Shown here: piece after piece, positions 10,801-22,200 of the stretch | Layout of the letters: every line of letters begins with the position of its first letter | Position numbering within the stretch: position 1 is the first letter of the stretch | Assembly: GCA_030704615.1 (NCBI GenBank) | Contig: CM060733.1 | Coordinates: 50,344,001-50,408,000, forward strand | Direction of reading: 5' to 3' | Length of the DNA: 64,000 nt | Source of the DNA: Takakia lepidozioides | Taxonomy: Eukaryota > Plantae > Bryophyta | Position numbers and translations under genes: made by a program | The notes under the pieces: generated by a model | What the model was told of the DNA's origin: nothing | What the model saw: only the letters and a program-made list of their open reading frames with translations | The model's database searches: none

Positions 10801-13001
10801 CGTGTCTGCCATTTCCGATCCAATGTCAGGAGCTGGAAGAGAGTGGCTATTGCTAGGAAGGAACTTCAGTGCATTGAAACCTCACCTTCTCTTTCGCCTC
10901 AACACATGCCGTTGAGAGGTGATGCAGTTTCTCCAATTGCATGGTCGGCTGCATGGCCCAAGAATAGTGTTTTGCAATCTCGGGGATGAAGTCCTTTCCA
11001 AGTGCCGGATCTGCAATTGCCACCAGCTTCACAAGCTTTGACTTGTATTTGGTTCTGGACTTGATACCGGCTTCCTTCAAGTGCTCAGTCAATGACTGCA
11101 ACGTTTTCACCTGCCCCTCACTTTCCATGAAGAAGCGTTTGGCATGGGCCAAATCGAGCTTGATGTTTGACTGCCAACAAAAACATGCAGAAGCGTTACA
11201 TTCGATTCATGTGGAAAGATTACTGGAAATTGGGGAAGGATGAGCAGAGGGAAATCGGAGGACGACTTACTTCGTATATCACCTCCACCATTCCATCCAT
11301 AGTGAGACGATACCATGTCCGATCTGTTTTTGCAACGGCTTTCTGAATGAGCTCGGGCTCCAGCATTTCCGCAAACATCTGCGGATCAGTGAGACCAGTT
11401 TTCCTCACCCTGTACAGCATATGTGCCATGTGGGTATGCACGTACGCATTCTCAGTGACCCTGCAAGGCACACTCTCCAGTTCAGTACACGGAAGCACGG
11501 AAACAAACCAGATTGGAAACCGAAATGCGGCACCGCATTTCAAACGTGCTAGGGAGGGTATGAGTATCTTACGAGTTGAGGTCCGCCATGGCATTCTTGA
11601 GCAGGGAAGAGTCTGCCGCCTTCACCTTGAGAATGACACACTCCACCATGTAATGCCAGCCAATGTGCTTGGCATGGTTCTGCTTGATGTACTCCCACCA
11701 GGCAAGAAGTCGGTGATTCCCGTCCCACACAAAGAACATTTTACCCAACATATGGCCGAAGTCCGGATCACCCTTCAGCGTCGCCTCGAATTTGTGGTTG
11801 CGAGTGTGCCAGTGGGTATCCCACGTTGACAATTCATCGGCAGTGGGTCCACGAGTTTCGCCGTCCTCATTCTCAATGGAAACGTAAAACGCTGCCGATC
11901 CCAGACGGTACCCTTCTCGAAATGCGAACTTGAGCTTATCCACATTTCCGGGAAGGGCCTGCCTGACGATGGGAAGGGAGACCATGCGACAGAGTGGGAT
12001 TCGAAGAGTCCACTGGAATACCCTGCTGCCCAGAACTCTGCCAATGCTACTGTGTGTCTCCTCCAACATTTTATCCGCTGCACTTTTGAAATCCTCCGGA
12101 GACATGTCTGTAGGTGCTGGTAGTGGCTGAGCAGCTGGAGCATCCTCAACTGGAGCTGCACTCTGGGGCCTGTCTGCGGGCAATTCTGCCATTGCAGAGG
12201 CCTCCTCCGGGCCTGCTTGCTCATCGGTGGTGAGGTCTTGCTGCGAACGTTGAGCGGCAGCACCCTCCTCCGGTACCAAATCGACAGAAACGGTCGATCC
12301 CATTGCCTTCGCTGCAGCAGAGTCGGCCCCAACATCTGCAGGCGGGAAATCCTCCAGGAACTGAGCTTCAGCTCGTGGAAGCGGTTTTGCGGGAGATTGT
12401 TCGGCCGTCGCCCTGATTGCCTTCTGCTTCCTCATCCTTGCAGGTGAAGGCGTCTGCTGCAATTGAATCTGTCTTTTACCCTGCTGCTTCATTCGCATTG
12501 GTGGGGGTGAAACGGCCTGAGCCGGTTCAGAAACCAGTAGAGGGACGGGCTGCTTCTTCTTTGACTTTGCTGGAGAAGGGCCCGACCCCTGCTGGCGATT
12601 CTCCATGACCGAAGAACGCGAGTCGATCTCTGGGGCTTTGAACTTGCCCTGCGTCTTTGAAACGCACAGGACTAGGCCCGGCAAGAATACCCGCGCTTGG
12701 GGATCGGGTGGGTGTACGTGCTGCAGCTAGCTCCACGGACTCTTCCTGCGGCTCTTCGGATTCCTGTGATCCCTCCAGCACGTCCACCTTTCCTGTTAGG
12801 CATGCAAACATGTTCTGCATTCAAGTCTCCTAGCATTCAGTCTAAGAATTACAGAAGCAAAATGGGGGGTTCGGTGCTCGATCAGCTGCGTGCAGCCCGA
12901 TCGCATGGAGCTCTCACTGGTGGCTGGGTTGCCTGAGTGGCCTGCTGCTCGGAGATGATAATCTCCTCCTGTAGACGCATCTGCTTCCTCCCCTTCGGCA
13001 T
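7886..13001 (-). pseudogene. Multi-exon gene: ParB/Srx-like domain fused to a beta-class N4C/N6A DNA methyltransferase-like domain (one in-frame TAG at 9218-9220; 5' end uncertain)
   Basis: MFFVWDGNHRLLAW around 11711-11725; DMIILDIPDG (motif IV-like, ~9363-9376); RSLAFIQTIMETCTDVEGTVLDLICGTG (motifs X-I, ending 8758), then CASMWAGR..HLFAYEED; GT-AG introns at 11572-11461, 11270-11171, ~10384-10239 and 9097-9023; acidic last exon ends at 7886. Confidence 0.75.
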
Positions 13002-13438
13002 TGGCCTTCGTCCAAAGTATAATTTTCGGAGCTTGTGACGAGGTCTCCTGTCTGGTGCACGAACTCCCCCCCTCTCAGGTTCGAGCATAAGAAGAACAGA
13101 GACAGGGAAAAGGGGCAAAGAGTGCAGATGGAAAGGGCGCGAGAGGGGTGACTGAGGAGACACGACAAAAGTAGATGAAACGGCGGTGATGCACCACTTG
13201 GGTTCGAAAGGGTTGGACGAAAGTGTCTCCTCGTGGACTTTGCGTCATTACGAAATTCGAATCGTTCAGGGTACGCCTGCCGTCCGAAAAACAAACATCA
13301 TTATCCAACGGTCAGGCCGCGCCGCCTCATGCCACTTCAGTCAGATAGAGTGCAGACATGTGCCGCAATTCCGTTGCTCCACATGTTCACATTTCAAGGC
13401 ATTTCCGTCCCAGCGTCTGATGAGTTGGAGTGAAAATG

Positions 13439-14962
13439 CGAATGCGGCGCCGCATTTCCGTTAAGTACCATCACGAAGCTACACATCCGTACTTGTTGGA
13501 AGAAAATGCGGCACCGCATTTCCGTTCCACCTTCACATACCTTAGTTGTTGAACGGAAATACGGTGCTGCATTTCCGTCCCACAGCTCCATGTATGAGAT
13601 ACAAAAGGGAAATGCGGCGCCGCATTTCCGTTCTGGAATGTCGAAAGGTGCGATTCGGACGGAAACGCGGCACAACATTTCAATTCCCATGGTTCATGAT
13701 TTTCAATCTGAACGGAAATACGGTACCGCATTTCCGTTCCCCCTTCACATACCTTAGTTGATGAACGGAAATGTCGTGCCACATTTCCGTTCGGGAAAGT
13801 ATAGAGGTCTCACCTGAACAGAAATGCGGTGCCGCATTTCCGGTCTGGAAAGTTTGAAGGTCTCACATGGATGGAAATGCGGCACCACATTTCCGTCCCA
13901 CAGCTCCAGGCCTCATTTACAAAACGGAAATGCGGCGCCGCATTTCTGTTCCCGTTGTTCACGATTTTCAGTCAGAACGGAAATGCGGTAGCGCATTTCC
14001 GTTCTGTAGAGTATTAAGGTCTGACCCTGGCGGAAATGCGGTGCCGCATTTTCGTTCCACAGCTCCATGCCTCACATACAAAACGGAAATGCGGCGCCGC
14101 ATTTCCGTTTTGGAATGTCGGAAGGTGCGACTCCGACGGAAATGCGGTACCGCATTTCAGTTCCGATGTTTCACGATTTTTCATCAGAATGGAAATGCGG
14201 TGCCGCATTTGCGTTCTGGAATGTTGGGAGGTGCGACTCGGATGGAAATGCGCTGCCGCATTTCAGTTCCGATGGTTCACGATTTTCAGTCACAACGGAA
14301 ATGCGGTACCGCATTTCCGTTCTGGATAGTATGAATGTCTCAAGCGGTCGGAATTGCGCTGTCTCAAGCAGTCGGAATTGTACTCGGCTCCATGCATCAG
14401 ATACAAAATGGAAATGCGGCGCTGCATTTCCGTTCTGGAATGTCGGAAAGTGTGACTCGGACGGAAATGCGGTGCCGCATTTCTGTTCCCGTTGTTCATA
14501 ATTCTCAATCAGAACGGAAATGCGGTACCGCATTTCCGTTCCACCTTCACATACTGTGCTTGTTGGATGGAAATGCGTTACCGCATTTCCGTTCTGGAGA
14601 GTATGAATGTCTTGTGAGGACGGAAATGTGGTGCAGCATTTCTATCCCTCAGCTCCATGCGTCAGATATAAAACGGAAATGTTGCGCCGTATTTTTGTTC
14701 TGGTATGTCGGAAGGTGCGACTGTGACGGAAATGCGGTGCCGCATTTCTGTTCCCGTTGTTCATAATTCTCAATCAGAACGGAAATGCGGTACCGCATTT
14801 CCGTACCACCTTCACATACCGTGCTTGCTGGATGGAAATGCGTTACCGCATTTCCGTTCTGGAGAGTATAAAGGTTTTCCCCGGATGAAAACTCGGTGCC
14901 GCATTTCCGTCGCTCTGGTGCATGGCCAAGATGCAATACGGAAATGCGGCGCCGTATTTCCG
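13439..14962. repeat. Array of ~28 palindromes CGGAAATGCGGYRCCGCATTTCCG with a 53-bp period and ~5 recurring spacer types
   Basis: Unit starts at 13554, 13607, 13660, 13713 ... 14296, then 14409, 14462 ... 14939; 265-bp higher-order repeat (14462 vs 14727). Confidence 0.95.
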
Positions 14963-15378
14963 TCCACCAGCAATCGAAAGAATCACTCGGGACGGGAAAT
15001 CTGGAACCTGAATGGGTTGCATTGTTCCGAAACAACACAATTGCGGCCAGTCTTGATGAGCACAACTTGGTTGTCTGACCGTTTTAACTAACAGTACTGG
15101 CACTTGTCAGTGCGAACGTTCCTGTCTGCACCGAGAATACTGCTGGATCCACCCTCAGGAGAAACTGTCAGGAGATGTTATTTTGTCGCCGAATCGGCCA
15201 TCATTGTCATACTTACTGGCTATGGAATCACACCTCCCACCTTCATGCATGTAGCTTGAAACAATACTTTCCACTTCAATGTGCGACTTCCAATCGTCGA
15301 TGGACTCCGCATGGTGCCTGTGAGCCTTGGTCTGTCGCTATACTGAACCTCGCACTTGCCAACTTCGTGCGGTGTTCG

Positions 15379-16071
15379 ATGGCTCCGAATTCCTACGCTA
15401 TAGTTTGCTGTCCTCCGCAACTTGGGAGAGCGTGGATCCCAAACGGGGGAGGACTTTGCAGAGTGACTGAAACTTGCCTTTGTTCCAAATTCAAGCTCAA
15501 ACCGGGCACAGTTTATTTGGAAGAAGAAAGGAAGGATGTTCCTGGACAGGTTGACGAGACCATTGTCGTGCTAGGTAACGACGGAGGTTGCGGAATCGAA
15601 TGGCACGTACCCCCATCAGACTCCATCCTGTACCGAGCTCTGGGAATGCCCATTCCCTTTCCGAATCAGTCACTGCCCACACCATCCACAAAGGAGTCCG
15701 GAAACCGACAGGCGGCCACTGCCAACAGAGAGGTATGCAACGATAATCATTCCCGACCTGGACCGTCAAGACCCTCCATAGCTTCTCGTGTGGACGTATT
15801 CGACATTTCCGACGAGGAAGATGATTGCATTGAGGTACCCATGTCCTCCACACGGTCGTTCAAATCCGGCATGGACGTCTCTGTAGGTGCTACGCATGTG
15901 CCCTCGAGCATAACTCCAACCCGGTCCATTGTGCAGCTCCTATGACAACATCACCTCAATGGTTCTCGCTCCGAGCTGGCTGCTCTCGACTATGCCAAAT
16001 TCCCAGTCAGAAAGGTAACGTTTCTGCATCCCGAAGTCGATGACAATGTCATCTTCGAGTTTCCACCTGTT
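15379..16071 (+). pseudogene. N-terminal part of a probable MULE-type transposase (stop at 15943-15945, truncated by an LTR)
   Basis: Reading through the stop gives LDYAKFPVRKVTFLHPEVDDNVIFEFPP, which resembles the N-terminal motif of the non-seed-plant MULE-like family whose core is seen at 21690-22200 (recalled, not searched). Confidence 0.45.
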
Positions 16072-16917
16072 TGTTAGAGGACTGTCTGGGACTTAGACAC
16101 TTATACGGGATCTGTAGGGTACCCTTAATTTTTGCACAGACTGAGACCAACAGGAGCCTTAGGGGTGACAGCAGCACACTGTAAAAGGGGGTTACACAGT
16201 CCATCACAGCCAACACAGCCCGTCACAGTCGTCACAGCCGACACAGCCAACACAGCCCGTCACAGTCGTCACAGCCGACACAGCCATCACAGCCAACACA
16301 GCCCGTCACAGCCGACACAGCCACACAGTCAGTCACAGCCCGACACAGCCAAACACAGTCGCACAGCCAGTCACAGCCCGTCATAGTTTCACACAGCCAG
16401 TCACAGCTTGACACAGCTGTCACGACCATAGGGAACGGAGAGCAGGACAGGGAACGACTGTGGGGAACAACACCTGCAAATGGAACATGTTAGTTCACGG
16501 ACGACGGTTAGTGAGGGAAACGGTTAGAGCCACGGGTAGGAAGATAAAGGGGGAAGCAATGACTGAGAAGGGGGGATTATTCTTGGAAGCACGTCAGGGG
16601 AATGACTTCTTGGTCAGGGAAGAGAGAGGATCGGGCGAAGAGCAAGAACGGAAGCAAGCATGGAGAGCACGGTGAAGGAGGAGAGATGATTACCAGATGC
16701 TTGTTATATGCAAAGCTGTAGTGATATTGTAAAGCAGATTAGAGACACAATGGCTTCGGCCTGATACCTGATAAATCATAATCTGATACTTATACGATAC
16801 AATCACACTGTGTAGAGAGATCTGAGTGAAGCTGTGGAATGAATGGATGAGTTGAAGGAATCCGATAGATTGATGAAGCAAACTGATACTTAATTATCAA
16901 TGGTAAGGTAGCTAACA
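16072..16917. mobile_element. Putative solo LTR (846 bp)
   Basis: TGTTAG...CTAACA terminal inverted hexamers; it interrupts an ORF; the 5-bp flanks differ (ctgtt / tgaat). Confidence 0.5.
16196..16425 (+). repeat. CACAGY-based low-complexity tandem repeat inside the putative LTR
   Basis: More than 20 cacagc/cacagt units. Confidence 0.9.
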
Positions 16918-16974
16918 TGAATGTGAAAAGGGAAACAAATAGGAAACACCCCCATGATACACTAGCTGTAGGTC

Positions 16975-17669
16975 ATGACTGATTGTTCTGAGCGGGCTGA
17001 GTACTTAGAGATTTCCAACTCTTCTATCTTGGAGTTTCCGCCTCGGATAGCGAAGGGATGGGTGAGTAAAAGCCGCGCGACATTTGGCGACCATACTGGG
17101 GAACTGAGTCATGAACAACCAGATGTGACAGGCATCTGGTGGGATCATGGTGGTTGGACCATTAAAGAATTTGAAGTGAATCAAATTCCCTGTGGAACGA
17201 AGGAAGAAAGATTGTCCAAACAATTCTTTCAAAGGTTCTTGGAATTGCCAGACGGTTGTAAAGAAAATATTCTTAAGCGAGTGCATGATGCTGATCCGGA
17301 ATGGGGTCTGGAGAAAGGAGTGATAAAGATTTATCAGGTAGCCTGTAGAGGAAGAGCACGTTGGTTACCAACATTGGTTTATGTGATAGCATTGCTATCC
17401 ATTAAGCGAGTAGAGTTTGAAGGCTGGGAAGAAAGAAAAGTGAATGTTTATACTCATATGCATGAAGAGCTTGTACTGGTAAAGAATTGGATTCCAAAGG
17501 ATATTTGTGGATCAAACTCACACCAAGAACCACTTTCCAGACTTGTTTGCCATATGGTCATATGGTAACGGAGACTTCAAGTATAGCCAAGGGTGCATTG
17601 AAGCTTGAAAGAAACCCAGGCATATACGAGAGATATTACAGAAGAGAGTTTTGGTTATTGCCACATTAA
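16975..17669 (+). CDS. Unknown ORF upstream of Gypsy B gag (probably frameshifted near 17520)
   Basis: 197-aa ORF with protein-like composition and an overlapping continuation 17487..17669; no motif recognised. Confidence 0.4.
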
Positions 17670-17690
17670 AAGAAATGAAAGACATGGGAC

Positions 17691-19655
17691 ATGAGTGATG
17701 AAAGAGAAGCTAGACGCCAGAGATATTCAGCAAAAAAAGAAAGCTATCTGAAAGCTAATTATCCATATCTTTGGGAGAGAGGAATAGACATAGGGGAATC
17801 ATCTGGACCTCTCACACCATTAAGATCAAAGAGTACATCACCCATACCGGAAGAACTAGAGTTGGATGCCACTCCTTCTGTTTCTTTGCAAGAAAGATTA
17901 AGGGAATTGGTACAGGAAGAAGATCAATCACGAGGTGAAAGATCTGAGGTACATCCCTGGATAAAAGATTTGACAGAAATCTTTGATAAGAGTTGGCATG
18001 GAACACCAAAAGCAGGAACTCCAGTTTCTGAAGCGGAAGGTGAAGAAGGAGGAGAGGATGTGGCAGAGCCAACGGAGAGTTCAGACTCTCCAACACCATT
18101 ACAGTTGAGTTACATGAGTGAAGAAGAAACCCAAGGGCAGAACTTGGAGGATGAAAACAGAGAGAAGAAATTGGAAGAGGAAGAGTATGAAGAAGTAGAC
18201 CCAACAGCTGAGGTTGAGACTACAACCAGGACATCCCAACCCGTTGGACCTGGATCAAGTGGAGCACTTGGATCACAGGCCAACGAAGGTGTCGGCTCAG
18301 GGGGATCAGGCGGGCGGCCTGGATCTGGCTCTGGGGGGACAGGGAGTGTGGGAAGTAGTGCAACTGAAGCTGGGAATACTGTGAATATCGTGGGGCCAGA
18401 AGCAGGGAGTGCTCAAGGGCCACCACTTGGTGGAAGATCCACCACAAACAACAACAGGTCCAGAAGGACCAGCACCAGCAAGGGTGCCAGCACCTGTCAG
18501 TGGGCAGAAGGTAGGGCCACAGATGGCGTTACAACCAACACAGGCAAAACCACCCTTTCCAATATATTCAGGAAAAGGGGATCTCGATGTACACATTAGC
18601 CAATTTGAGCACATGTGTATAGTGAACAATGAGAATGGCAATGATGCCAAGATGAGATTGTTTCCTTGTTCACTTATCAAGAAAGCAAGTGAATGGTATG
18701 CAAGATTCCCTGATAATCATTTCCTAACCTGGAATGGCTTGAATACAACATTCCGAAATAGGTTCAGGACAAGTAAAACTGAGGATGAAGTGTATGGAAG
18801 TTTACAACAGTTAAAGCAAAAGAAGCATGAAACTGTTGAGGAGTATATGGAAAAGATGGAATTGATGATGAAAAAGCTAGCTGCAGTACCAGCACCAGGT
18901 TTACAGAAGACTTGGTTTGTGAGTGGACTAAGACCAGAGTTGCAAAAGAAAGTGGATATGTTACCCCAGAATACAGTGGAGGAGGCATTTGAAACTGCAA
19001 ACAGAATTGAGCAATTGGGAATGCTCAGGAGAGAGAAAAAAGATGATGAGGACTCTGAGGATGAGTCAGATGAAGAAGAAGAGCAGGAACTAAAAAGGAG
19101 GAGTAAGAGAAAGGAGAAGCTGAAGAGGGATAACTATGAAAAAAAATTGGAAGAAATCTTGAAGAAGTATACCACAGAGGCTGCAACACATTGGAGGAAG
19201 GGTGTTTGGTGTGCAAAATGCCAGAATGAAGGCCACACCACTACTGAATGCCACATGAAAGAGAAACGCTGTACTATCTGTAAAATGGATAACCATTCTA
19301 CTGAGAATTGTTACTACAACAGAAGGACAGCTGCAAGAGAACCTAGGCAAGTAAGGGTGCATCAGGTGCAGCCCCAGCCAAGAAGAAACAATGATCAGGA
19401 CCACTATGGTAGGTCTGGTGGTTATAACAATGGCATGGAAGGGAGAGGTAATTCAAGAGGGAATTACCAAGGAAATTCCAGAGGCAACTATCAGGGTAAT
19501 CCAAGGGGGAATTACCAGCCCGGGAATCAGGATTATAGAAATAATCCAAGAACAGACCAAGGGTGAGGACCCAATGGTGAAGAACTATGTTACTATTGTA
19601 ATCAGCCAGGACATCGCAGGGCAGCCTGTTCATTCTGGATAAGACACCAGAATGA
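17691..19655 (+). pseudogene. Gypsy B gag (frameshift near 18447, stop at 19564-19566)
   Basis: KMRLFPCSLIKKASEWY...LKQKKHETVEEY...FVSGL gag core; zinc knuckles CAKCQNEGHTTTEC, CTICKMDNHSTENC and CYYCNQPGHRRAAC. Confidence 0.88.
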
Positions 19656-19656
19656 G

Positions 19657-21496
19657 ATGAGAGCTCCTGTGAATGAGGGCCCAGTGGTGGCAGCTCACAT
19701 GGTTAGGCCATGTGTTGTGCCAGAAGTAAGTACAATGATAGTAACAAGAAGCAAAGCCAAACTAATACCTCCAGTAGTAGAGGAAGAAGATGATAATGAA
19801 GGTGGCAATGATATGCCTGAAGATGAAGAGACTTGGAAAGATGAGAATGAACTGCACAAGGAACTGGCAGATACTATAAGGGAAATGCAGAAGAGTACTG
19901 ATATTCCTGTGGCAGATTCCTCTGATTCTGATGGAGAAGAAGAAGGGAGTGAGGATGAAAGGAAGAAAGAAGATGCAGACATGCAAAGTAATCAAGAGAC
20001 TTTGGCTGAAGTAATATGCCAGACCAAAGCAGAAATTACCATTGGACAGCTATTGGCTGTGGCACCTTATTGTAGGCACAGGCTGTATCAAGCAATCAAT
20101 CAAATTGCCCAGGAGACAGGAAACACAGACCTGAACAGCAAGGTGACCAGTTATAATGTGAAGCCGGAAGGGCGAGAAACAGTCATGGAATTTGATGATT
20201 CTTTGCCAGGAATCCAATTGAGAATTGGAAGCACAGAACTAACTTATGTACTGGTAGATGGAGGCTCTGGAGTAAATATCATGACAGACCAATTAAGGAA
20301 GAAGCTTGGTCTAAGTAACATGAAACCAGCCCCATTTACAGTAACAATGGCAGATCAAAGAAGTGTACAGCCATTGGGATTGATAAGAGGAGTTAAGATA
20401 CAGATACAGAAGATGATCTTTATGATCACAATAACTGTGTTGAAGATGGATGAAGTCATGGAGGCTTACTCCTTAATATTGGGACGTCCGTGGCTGAAAC
20501 AGGCCAGGGTATTCCATGACTGGAATTCTCAGTTACTAACCGTGCATAATGGGATACACGAGATACAAATTACCACAAAGAAATCTAGTAGATTACCTGC
20601 TACAAGAAGACCTCAGGGAGTCAGAGAGTATGACTGGAGAGGAGGACTGGATGAGGAGCAGGAAGCTACCCTATTTGCTGCACACCCAGAGTGGGAACAG
20701 GTTGCAGAGTTGTGGCTGGAAAGCCTAAGTTGTTTAAGAGGTATCTGCTGTGGTGTAGTGACAGCAACACCAACTGAAGAGGAAACCAGCAGTTACCCAT
20801 CACATTTCTATGAAGAAAGAGAAGGAGAAATGGAAATCCTAGAGGAACCAGCCACTGTGAGCTTACAGGATGAAGTGGTGACTAGTTGGACAATCACAGC
20901 TGATGAGCAGGTGAGGGAAGTGAATGTGGGAACTAAAGAGGAACCGAGGATGGTGAAAGTAGGAGCTGATTTGGAGCCGGAATTCTTTGAAGAAGCTAAA
21001 AGCTTATTCATCAAATACAGAGATGTATTTGCTTGGAGCTATGAGGATTTAAAAGGGATACCACCTGAAGTCTGTCAGCATAAGATTGAACTGGAACCAG
21101 GGTCAGTACCAATCAAACAAGCGAGGTACAGAATGAATCCCAACTACGCACAGAAGGTTGGAGAAGAGATCAAGAAGTTGGTTGAGGCTAAGTTTATATA
21201 TCCAATAGAGTATACAACTTGGTTGTCACCCATTGTGATAGTTCCCAAAAAGAATGGTAAACTAAGAGTTTGTGTGAACTACAAGAAGCTGAATGCTTGT
21301 ACGAAGAAAGATCCTTTCCCTTTGCCATTCACAGAAGCAGTATTAGACACTGTGGCAGGCCATGAGATGTACTCATTCATGGATGGCTTCAGTGGTTATA
21401 ATCAAGTGCAAGTGGCAGAAGAAGACCAAGGAAAAACAGCTTTCATCACAGACTGGGGGGCTTATGCATACAAAGTCATGCCCTTTGGACTTTGTT
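19657..21496 (+). pseudogene. Gypsy B pol: protease and N-terminal half of RT, truncated
   Basis: LVDGGSGVNIM protease; DGFSGYNQV and VMPFGL, after which homology ends. Confidence 0.88.
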
Positions 21497-21568
21497 GGAG
21501 CACCGAATCGGCTAAGCACACGATCCAGGAATGCATACGCAGCCCCCTCACTAGCCTTGTCAGGCAAA
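21497..21568 (-). pseudogene. Short Gypsy integrase fragment
   Basis: LPDKASEGAAYAFLDRVLSRFGAP, the segment that normally precedes the integrase TD.G motif. Confidence 0.6.
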
Positions 21569-21689
21569 TGCCACATAAACGTCACAAGGAAGCGGAAGGA
21601 ATTACTGCATGGAATAGAAAAGAAAAGACTGCAAAGTTTGGAACATTGCAATGTGGTTGCAAAGGGCTTACCGTTATCATGAAAGCTTC

Positions 21690-22200
21690 TCATTGCATAG
21701 ACCGGAAATGCCTAAAGACCATCCAATCATTCAACTCTTTCACATCCTTCTCACTTGCAGCCCCAAATGAAAGCCACCATGCCCAGACTGTCTGGTACCT
21801 GCTACCAGCCTCATCCGTTGTTGTATCATTCTTATACATTAAGCACAACCTTCGATCTACTATGCTTTGCTTGAAAATCAAGTCTTATGCACATTTTTGT
21901 ATGCTCATCTAGAGACTTCAATGGAAAAGGCAAGTGTGCTCTCTATTTGGCATGGGAACCCTGGGATCCCGGATCCAAAAACAGAGTGCACTACATTGAA
22001 ATTCGCTTGAGTGCTATAGGCCAGAAACCCTGTGAAATTTGTGTTTGCAACATCCACTCTTGAAATCTCATCCAAATTGCATGCGCTTAACAAGTTGGCT
22101 GATACCACTACCTCACCCATTGTAGACATCTTGAACATGTATATTTGGAAGAGCCTTGACGAGCTGGGAAAATGCTAGCTTGAATGAAATCATATCAACT
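21690..22200 (-). pseudogene. Degenerate MULE-type transposase core
   Basis: FIQASIFP..MFKMS; NFTGFLAYSTQANFNVV (decayed FMAD..QAN second-Asp region); LCLMYK..YQTVWAWWLSFGAA..ELNDWMVFRHFR. Confidence 0.55.

Larger units (their letters stand above)
7615..16071. mobile_element. Composite DNA element: ParB-methyltransferase gene, phased palindrome array and MULE-like transposase 5' part; right end cut by an LTR
   Basis: The same palindrome occurs from 7676 to 14962; sharp left terminus; the ORF is cut at TGTTAG (16072); a homologous module lies at 21.7-24.4 kb. Confidence 0.6.

Noticed and set aside
13439-14962. CRISPR array
   Set aside because: It has a palindromic repeat with constant-length spacers, but the spacers recur in about 5 classes, the repeats are degenerate, no cas genes are present and the context is eukaryotic.
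13394-15103. Many overlapping ORFs with GNAAPHFR / KCGAAF / EMRRRIS repeats
   Set aside because: They are translations of the palindromic array in all six frames.
16132-16429. His/Ser- or Cys-rich small proteins
   Set aside because: They are translations of the CACAGY repeat.
21497-21912. C-terminal extension of the 751-aa pol ORF
   Set aside because: It is read-through into unrelated minus-strand fragments after MPFGL.
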